64,000 nt of DNA. Origin: Eledone cirrhosa. Lineage: Eukaryota. The position numbers were made by a program, and so were the translations under genes. The stretch is taken from assembly GCA_964016885.1 (NCBI GenBank), contig OZ024747.1, positions 65,410,001 to 65,474,000 of the forward strand, written 5' to 3'. The notes below the pieces were generated by a model that was not told the DNA's origin, searched no databases, and worked only from the letters and a program-made list of their open reading frames with translations. Within the stretch, counting starts at the first letter, position 1, and each line of letters begins with the position of its first letter. Shown in pieces: positions 54,363 to 64,000 of this stretch.

Positions 54363-55876
54363 GGATTGGTAGAGTCATTAGAGTGTCGGATAGAATGATT
54401 TACAGCATTCATTCTGATACTCTGCCTTCTAAGGTCAATTCTCGCTAAGGTCAACTTTGTCATCCTTCCAAAGTTGATAAAATAAAGTGCTGGTCAAATA
54501 CTAGGATCAATGCAAACGACTTTCCCCTCTCCTCGAATTTTTTTGTCTAAACTAGAAACCATTGAGGAGGAAATGGGTGCCCTTCCTGTGTGCTTTCAAA
54601 ACGTCAGGTGGTTCATGATTGGTGGGGAACCTGAGTAACCCCTGGTTGGTTCTCTCCCCTATTGGGGAATTTTATTGTAATTTTATTGTAAATTATTTTT
54701 GTTAATTTGTTTTTATTCGATTTTATTGTAAACTCCCACTGTCCCTGTCTTTTTGTATTGTTCCCTGTATGTAGGCCCTAGTAGCCAATAAAGAAATTAT
54801 TATTATTATTATTGGTGAATTGGCAGTATCGGTAGAGGGTTGGACCCCATGCTTTCTAGCATAGTTATGTCTCTTTATGATCTGAGTTCAAATCCTGCCA
54901 AGGTTAACTTTGCTTTTCATCCTTACGAGGTCGATAAAATAAAGTACCAGTAATACACTGGGATAATTGCTGGCCTTGTGCCAAAAGTAGAAACAATTAT
55001 TATTATCATTATAAATACTGTCAGATGCTCAAGGCACTTTACTAAGTGACCAAAGTGATGCATGGCCATAAAACAACACTTGTGTTCTGACAGCTGAGTG
55101 TGGGGGGGGGGGGGGAATACAGACACCTCCTGTTCGAGTACTGCATCAGTCATGTTTTGTTACAGGGAGTTTAACTCATTCTTTCTTGTGTTATTTTACT
55201 GTTTGTTCAGTTGTGTATGGTGTATGTAATGTGAGTTGTGTTGCTTCATTTTATTAGATGCTTGTTGTGAGAGAAGATTGTTCTTCCTCACTCTGAGAAG
55301 ATAAATCTTCCACCTTTTACTAAATAAATTTTTTAAATCATCATCATCATTATTTTTATTATTATCAAATAAAGAAACCATTATCATTTTTCTTTTATTA
55401 TTATTATTATTATTATTGCAATATGAAATATAAAGGTGAAAAACAGAACATGTTTGTAATCTTTAATAGCAAGAAGTCGAAAAAAAATGCTAACAAAACC
55501 AAAAACTTATGAAAAATTAAAATAACATTTTTTTAAAAATAATATACCTGTATTACAGAAATATTTTAGTCAGATAAAGAAGAAGACGAAGAAAAAGAAG
55601 GGAGAAAAAAAGAATTCATTAGAACTACGCAATATAAAATTACATTATCTCTCTAACCCACCATACCTTGAGGACATTATTACAACAGATCTATCTTTTC
55701 ATTAAATTTATCAAATGTTATGAAATGTTTTTGACTGAAATAAAATTAAGAATTGAAATTTTCTTTCATGAGTTTGTAGAATTGCTCATCAGTTGGCTCC
55801 AATATTTAATCAATGACCTTCAATGTTATAAAGGTTACCGTAGCTTAGATTAGTTTCTAAACTATGTTAAACTTTA

Positions 55877-56135
55877 ACCCTTTTGACATCAAACTGCCTG
55901 GAACTGCTCCTCGTTCAATGATATATGTCTCTTAGTTTTAAAGAGTTTATGTTTTCCGAAAATCTTTCTATCGTAATTCTATGTAAAATCTTTGTTAAGC
56001 TATGCTCTAAACACCAGATAAATAATAAGAAAGTTAGTTACAAAATCTTTTCGAATTTTTGATTATTTTCAAAATTATTTGAAAATCATAAGCAGAGTTT
56101 TCATTAAAAATATGGTAAATATGGTAACCAAGGGG
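55877..56135. mobile_element. Degenerate piggyBac-type MITE
   Basis: TTAA|CCCTTTT...AAGGGG|TTAA. Confidence 0.6.
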
Positions 56136-57069
56136 TTAAAGTGTTTAAATTTATCTTAAAACCTTCCATCATAACAATGTAAGATCATTTATTGTGTTAT
56201 ACTCCAAACACCAGATAAATAACGTAAATCATTCAAAACCATTTTGCTGGTTTGAGAGCTGATGAGGGTGAAGATGTGAGTGTGCGTAAACTTGTCTTCT
56301 ACATCGTTTTTCTTTATTTCCTTCTTTCAGTCACTTCTATGCGCCAACACATTTCTTATCCTCCTCCTCTTTTAATCTTTTCTATATTTCATCTGCCTCT
56401 CACCCACCTTGTGAATTTTCTCCCTGTTGACCACTGGCTGCTGGTATCTGTCCTCTGAGGCATTTTTGCCCATCACTATTTTTGACAGCATTTAGCTGTT
56501 TTAAAGCTGTTCTAGCGATGAGTTTTCTCATTTTCATATGTATTCAAATACACTCTTACTTCATCTCGATCAGAGACAACATTGTTTTTCCATGTAAAAA
56601 TATATGTATATATAGAATGTATATATAGAATGTATATATAATAGAATGTATATATAATAGAATGTATATATAAAATTCCTTCAAATTTTTTATTATTTCC
56701 AAAATAATTTGAAAATCATGGACAGTGTATTTTGTTAGGTATATCGTAACAAAAAGGTTAACATGCAGTAGCGGTTGTTTATTATGATCACATTGAGACA
56801 AAGCCTCTTCAATAACATTAACAAGCAGATAACATTAAGCAAAGGATATAGCAATAGCTGGACCTTTGATTCCAATAAGAGGATAATTTTTAATATTTCA
56901 TGGGAAAATATTCTCTTGATTTGATTTATCTGCAGCTTTCATAGTCAACATTATATCTAAAGCTTCAACTGGTTATGGTTGTTGATGTGTCTCTTCTTGG
57001 ATAACTGCTCTCCAAAGATCAAACTTAGGCAACATCAGACGTTTATAAAAGACCAGTATTTACCAATGC

Positions 57070-57760
57070 ACTCCGTCGGTTACGATGATGAGTGTTCCAG
57101 TTGATACGATCAATGGAACAGCCTGCTCGGGAAATTAACGTGCAAGTGGCTGAGCACTCCACAGACATGCATACACTTAAAGTAGTTCTCAGGGAGATTC
57201 AGTGTGATACAGAATGTGACAAGGCTGGTCTTTCGAATTATAGGTACAACTCATTTTTGTTAGCTGAGTGGACTGGAGCAACATAGAATAAAGTATCTTG
57301 CTCAAGGACACAACGCACTGCTGAGAATCGAACTTACAACCTTACAATTGGGAGCCAAATACCCTAACCACATTCGGTAAAGGTGCATGGTTTAGTGGTT
57401 GCAGTGTCAGGCTTACAATCGTGAGGTTTTGAGTTCAATTCTCGGACCAGGCTTTGTGTTGTGTTCTTGAGCAAAACACTTTATTTCACGTTGCTCCAGT
57501 TCACTCAGCTGCAGAAATGAGTTGTGACATCACTGGTTCCAAGCTGTATTGGCCATTTCCTTTCCTGAGGACAACATTGGTGGTGTGGAGAGGGGAGACA
57601 GGTATGCATGGGTGACTACTGGTCTTCCTCAAACAACCTTGCTCAGACTTGTGCCTCAGAAGGGAACTTTCTAGGTTCAAATCTCATGGTCATTCTTGAC
57701 TGAAGGGGGGGGGGGGGTATTTACCCTTTACCCTAACCACAAAGCCACGCACCACCACAT
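57070..57760. mobile_element. Nested tRNA-SINEs (+ copy at about 57380-57730 inside a - copy)
   Basis: A/B boxes and CTTGAGCAA core in both orientations; CCCTAACCAC occurs on both sides of the inner copy. Confidence 0.7.
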
Positions 57761-57816
57761 TTTAACAGTAGAAAGCAGTAAACAACAACATACACACCTC
57801 TAGATTTACAACTTAC

Positions 57817-57889
57817 CTGAACAATGGACAGTTATACAGAATGGTGGACATATAGTGTTCTCTTTTGCTATATGGAAACTTCGCAGACA
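57817..57889 (-). CDS. CFAP65: CFAP65-like internal exon A (CLRSFHIAKENTICPPFCITVHCS/G)
   Basis: Acceptor tttcaag (AAG) and donor gtaagt; 73 nt, phase 0 to 1; joins exon B in frame; resembles recalled human CFAP65 'TMCPSWCLTVRARG'. Confidence 0.85.
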
Positions 57890-58316
57890 CTTGAAATAAA
57901 CAAAACATTCCAACTCCTTTTCATAGAATTGGTGAGGCAGGGTCTTAAATTGAGAAAAACAAACAAAATAATAATAAAAAATAGCAAAACAAATAGATAA
58001 GGAAATTAAATAAAATAAACCAACAAAAAAAGAGTGGAAACATATTGAAAAGTAATAAACTGCTCCTAAATCTTACACAACATTGTAGATTATGAATCTG
58101 AGAAAAAGATTTGCTGAGAAATGTAGGAAGTAACAAAAGAAACAAAAAATAGTTGTAGCAACAAATTCAAGTTAACTGATTTACTGTGTTATATATATAT
58201 ATATATATACACATGTGTATATGTATATATACTTACATATATATATATATATGCACATAAACACATATATACTTACATATATATATATATATACATATAT
58301 ATACATATATATATAC

Positions 58317-58359
<43 letters not shown>

Positions 58360-58361
58360 TT

Positions 58362-58422
<61 letters not shown>

Positions 58423-58487
58423 TTACACACACATACACATATATATGTGTGTGTAAATGTATGTATGTGTATATATGTGTGTGTGTG

Positions 58488-58537
<50 letters not shown>

Positions 58538-58564
58538 CATATATATATATGTATATATGTATGC

Positions 58565-58625
<61 letters not shown>

Positions 58626-58626
58626 A

Positions 58627-58667
<41 letters not shown>

Positions 58668-60299
58668 CCTATGCTAAACTTAACTAATTTCATTGCAACA
58701 TATTTTCTCTCATAAGCTTTTATCACAGTTTTTTGGGTGCTGTCTGGTTATTATTAGACACTAGTTTTCTTTTTCTACCTTTCTTTGAATCTCTCAGACA
58801 ACTGATGCCACTGAAATGGTGGCTATTTCAATTAGGCTCCTTAGGCACATGTTTTAAAATGTATCTTATGTATGTGTGCTTGTGTATTTATGTGCGTGTC
58901 TATGTGTAGTTATATGTATATGCATGTGTATGTGTATGTGTGTAAGATCGATGTAATATAGAAACTATAATAGTTTTTAAATTACAAGTGGTTGCCACAC
59001 TATAAAGTGGTTGGTAATAGGAAAGGCATCCAGTCGTAGAAAACCTGCCAAAGGGATGGGAGGACCATCCCTAGTGTAGGAGATTTACATGATAAATGCA
59101 CCCAGTACCCTCTGTAAAACGGATGGTAATAGAAATTATATCCAGCCATTGAAATCTTGTGAGGACCCTCAGTTGTGTCAAAGGTATGACAACCTCTCCT
59201 GAGCACTAGATGGAATATGCAACTGTATATAAGAGAGACACAGATCCCTGGCTTGCTTGGCAGATCAGAGGCTCCGCTTCAGTATGGATTGGTCTATATA
59301 GACCCGTCCAACCCTTGCTAGCAGGGAAAGCGGACATTGAAATGATTGAAAATGACAAACTGTGCTGTGAAAATAATTGTTTCTACTTTAGGCACAAGGC
59401 CAGCAATTATCCAGTACATTACTGGTACTTTATTTTATCGACCCTGCAAGGATGAAAGGCAAAGTTAACCTCGGCGGGATTTGAACTCAGACCGTAAAGG
59501 GACGTAACTATGCTGGAAAGCATGGCGTCCGACTCTCTACCGATACTGCCAATCCACCACCCTGTGAAAATAATTGTTTCTACGTTAGGCACAAGGCCAG
59601 CAATTACCCAGTGTATTACTGGTACTTTATTTTATCAACCCCGTTAGGATGAAAGGCAAAGTTAACCTCGTGAAAATAATGAAGCATAAAAACACAGAAA
59701 AACAGATTATTTTTACATGTTTCAGAGATTCTTGTCTTCTCATCAGAAGATAACTACACCTATGATTCTATTTACAGTTTCTATTTATATCAAGGAGTAT
59801 ATAGAACTTAATTGAAATGGTGAGTCTAATTTGCATAATGTGAATTTGTTTGACAATATAATTAATTCATTAGTAAATATTTATGCACAGCACAAGATGC
59901 ATTAGAAAAAGATAAATTTAATGAAAATATAATTACAGTTTTTAAATTATAATCTTAATAAAGACATACAAATAAAGGCTTCTAATTTAAGTACAAGGCC
60001 AATAATTTGTGGGGAGAGGGGAAATTAGATACATTGACCCAGTACTTTACTGCTTACTTTATTTTATCAACCTTAGAATGATGAAAGGCAAAGTTGACCT
60101 CAAAGGGATTTCAATACAGAAAGTAAAGAACCATAGCAAATACTGCTAGGTATATGAATCCTTAGTATTGCCACAATTGGAGTCAACAGCCTCACGTTGT
60201 GACAGAAAACTGACACTGTTAAGGCTCATTTTAAGGGCATCATATGTAATGTAAAGTGAGATTTATTAACCTTCAGTCTTCCATACATCATTTGTTTTG

Positions 60300-60890
60300 A
60301 GATGGGATTCATTAAACCACCAGCTCCACTACATCAACTATATTATGAGGTGGTGTTTATTAACCCTTTAACATTTAAACTGGCCATATCCAGTCAGAAT
60401 TCTTTCACCTCTTTCTGTTCAAACTGTCTGTAACTGGCCACTCATACTGATATTAAGGTATTGTTCTCAAAATAAATAACATCAAAATCTCATAGATTCA
60501 ATATTATGTGAGATAATTATGTGAGGTAAAGCCTTTACCACAAAGATATAATAGTAGATATAATAGTATAAATAGGGTAATGTAAATGCTAAAGGGTTAA
60601 ACTTCCAGCTCCACTACATTAACTATATTATGAGGTGGAGTTCATTAAACCACCATCTCCACTACATAAACTATATTATGAGATGGGGTTCATTAAACTA
60701 CCAGCTCCACTACATCAACTATATTCTGAGATGGGGTTCATTAAACCACCAGCTCCACTACATTAACTATATTATGAGGTGGAGTTCATTAAACCACCAT
60801 CTCCACTACATCAACTATATTATGAGATGGGGTTCATTAAACTACCAGCTCCACTACATCAACTATATTATGAGATGGCGTTTATTCAAT
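60300..60890. repeat. 48-bp minisatellite interrupted by a piggyBac MITE (60364-60596)
   Basis: TTCATTAAACCACCAGCTCCACTACATCAACTATATTATGAG units; TTAA TSD around the MITE. Confidence 0.88.
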
Positions 60891-62124
60891 TTATAGCTTC
60901 CAGATATAAATAAAACACATCAAATAAATATGAACTAAATCAGAGAAACATCTTTCTACTTACAGGAGTGAATATAATTTTTACTGCAGCTGATTTCTTG
61001 CTAGGAATTTCAATACTAGCTGGGATCACTGTAAAAACACTCTTAGAGCCTGGAGAAAGGAAAGAAGAAATAAAATGTTACATAACCAAATATATATTGA
61101 ATTTAACAGGATATTAGATGTATTGCATAGATGGAAATAGGGCTTCTCACATTCAATCTTTTTACAAACTGCAACATAGACTGAAATGACTGGCAAATAC
61201 TTCAACAAGGATGCTATGAGCCAATAAGTAATCCTTTACATGATTTCTCAATGTTGAACCAACTGTTTCTAATGTTGTTGAACATTAGAAAGAAAAATAA
61301 ACCTAGCCACCAATCCCCACAAAAATATTAGGAAACATTAGAAACTTACATACACAAAGGATCTTACCACCTAGCAATAGTCTGTCAAACCTTAGTGACA
61401 GACAGCCATCATAATCATCATAATCATTAACATAATTTAATGTGTGTCTTCCCTACTAGCAAGGGTTGGATGGATCTTCATAGACCGAGTAAGTACTTAA
61501 ATGGAGCCACTGTCCTCTCAGAGAGGTTGGGATGGGACAGGGGTCCATATTTTGCTAACATAAGCTCCCGTATTCTACCAGGTCTTCAGATAGATGAGGA
61601 ACAGCATCTCACATACATTCCTATGGCCAACTGTATGTATTTATCATGTAGATAACTAACATTAGAGAGTTTGTTATGTCTTTAACACAGCTGAAGAGTC
61701 CTCCCAATACATTCTTTGGCAGATTTTCTAAGGCTGAATGCCCCCCCCCCCCCCATCATCAACCACTTTACAGAGTGTACAGGGTGTATTTATTATGTAG
61801 ATCACCAACACAAGGAAGGTTGCTATGTCTTTGTCACAACTGAAGAGTCCTTTCTGACACTATCATGAGGATATCCATGCTATTGTCTAAGATTCACAGC
61901 ACCCTACTATAATGAAATTTTAGAAACCAGTAGATTCTAGATGAATTATGGAATTTCTGCCCCCCTCTTTCTGACATATTGAGCAAGGTTACTTCCTTGA
62001 TGGTATCATCCACCTGTCCTCTTTCCTACTTATTAAGATTTTTGTATTTGTTTAAGTTTTCTCTTTCAATTCTATGTTCCTCTTCCATGCTTAAAATATT
62101 TACCTGCCTCTCTCCTTCTCTTTC

Positions 62125-62199
<75 letters not shown>

Positions 62200-62679
62200 A
62201 ATAAAAATTAGCAAGGATTTAAATTGGATCATTTAATTGATTTATGACTATTTCATTAGAATAACTGGAATACTCTATTCCTGTTATAATAAGCTCATCA
62301 GAACCGATTAAATACAAATATTATTTACCTTACATGTTTGTAAATGTAATAGGAGTGTGAAAAAGTATAAACAATAACAATTCAAATATTATTAAGAAAA
62401 GTTAAAATTTTATGGAACCCTAAAGATGTAATTAAAATATAACGTTCAGTAACTAAAAATATTATATGAACTATCATACATTGTTATATGTACAACTCAC
62501 CAAATTAGAGTTACAGATATACAACTAGAACATATATAATTAAGTGAAAGTTTGGTTACTAAGAAACTTATAACTTAAAATGTATTAAGAGAGGTGATAG
62601 ACTATTTTCAGAATAAATTAGTGATTATAATATTAGTATAAAAGAAATCAGATACATTCAATATATATATCATCAATAT

Positions 62680-63138
62680 CATCATCATTTTACGTCCACT
62701 GCTTGCAAGGGTGGGATGGGTCTTATTAAGCACGGCATCTCTCCATTCGTCATGGTCCTTTGTCATCTCCTCCGTGGGCTTCAGCGATCTGAGGTCTGCT
62801 CTCACCCCCTCCGCCCATGTTTTTTGCAGTCTTTCTTGACTGCGTCTTCCTTCTACTGGGATTTCTTGGCATTTCTTTACCTAGCAGTCATCCTCCATGC
62901 GCATCACATGTCCATACTATCTCAGTCTTCTCTCCGCACACTACAGCCTATTCCTCTTATACATAGTTTCTCTCTCAACTCGTCTATGTTTGGTCGTTCA
63001 TGCACATTGACATTGCACATCCAACGGAGCATGCTTGCTTCATTTCTCTCCAGCCATCGCATATCTTCCACAGTTGCTGCCCATGTCTCACTACCATGCA
63101 GCATCGCGCATCTCACACAGGCATCATATAACCGGCCT
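62680..63138 (-). mobile_element. RTE 3' fragment
   Basis: [10 protein letters not shown]...[11 protein letters not shown] motifs; (GAT)n tail. Confidence 0.88.
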
Positions 63139-63171
<33 letters not shown>

Positions 63172-63205
63172 TCACAAATATACACATAAAATACAATATA
63201 CAAAT

Positions 63206-63300
<95 letters not shown>

Positions 63301-63559
63301 CACACACACATGTATATGTCTTTTACCTATCTTGCTGTGGACTATGAAATCACATTGAGCTTTAAAATGTTCTTTGCCTTTATATGGTTGTATTATCAAC
63401 TCGTTTAAACTTTTTTATACGTATGTATGTATGTGTATATATATGTGTATATATATGTGTGTGTGTGTGCTTAGTAGTAATTTGTTTGAAGTTTATATAT
63501 TATTATGTATAAATGAAAACATTTAACAAAGACTGTAAGCTCATTATACACACACTAGT

Positions 63560-63930
63560 ATATACACATTTTGTATAAATCATTCAATCTTTATACATAA
63601 GCTCCTTATACATACATTTTCTAATATGCACACTTTTTGTATAAGTTATTCAAACTTTATACATAAGCTCCTTATACATACATTTTCTAATATACACACT
63701 TTTTGTATAAGTTATTCAAGCTCCATACATAAGCTCTTTATACAAACGATTTCTAATATACACACTTTTTTAATAAATCTTATTCAAACATTATACATAA
63801 GCTAATTAATTATACATACATTTTCTAATATACACTATTTTTGAATGCATGCTATCTAACTTTATTCTTAAGCTCATTAAACATACATTTGCAATATATA
63901 CACTTTTTGCATAAATCCTATTCATATATT
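63560..63930. repeat. Degenerate tandem repeat (about 66 bp)
   Basis: Recurrent ttatacataagctccttatacatacattttctaata. Confidence 0.75.
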
Positions 63931-64000
63931 TCACAGTTATCAAAACGAATTTTACAAACTAGATTTCAACCCAAAGTAGACATTGTTCCATCACACTCAT

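Noticed and set aside
57380-57450. tRNA gene
   Set aside because: A/B boxes belong to a SINE head that continues into a SINE body; no convincing cloverleaf.
60630-60896. 16-aa repeat protein
   Set aside because: Translation of a 48-bp minisatellite that is interrupted by a MITE.
57890-64000. Next upstream CFAP65 exon
   Set aside because: No segment with suitable splice sites and similarity was found by eye; it probably lies beyond the window.

Overview
AT-rich, microsatellite- and TE-dense animal DNA. The repeat landscape suggests an octopus-like coleoid cephalopod (inference). The window lies inside one minus-strand gene: six short, phase-compatible exons (57817-57889, 54109-54280, 27713-27851, 23988-24127, 13646-13730, 1370-1522; 762 nt, 254 codons) splice into an uninterrupted segment resembling CFAP65. 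The ORF track does not call most of these exons. The introns hold RTE LINEs with (GAT)n tails, CR1 and R4/Dong fragments, tRNA-SINEs, piggyBac/pogo MITEs, a non-autonomous Helitron and minisatellites. They also hold many Penelope-like elements and fold-backs carrying minimal hammerhead ribozymes at (TA)n tracts. Highlights: (1) a hammerhead fold-back whose loop is an exact 197-bp inverted copy of the neighbouring exon plus its splice acceptor; (2) a Penelope ORF interrupted by 40 bp copied from its own flank; (3) a 1.33-kb microsatellite body bracketed by two direct-repeat hammerheads; (4) an RTE/pLTR chimeric junction present twice, 25 kb apart. All identifications are by eye and from recalled family motifs; no searches or folding were run.
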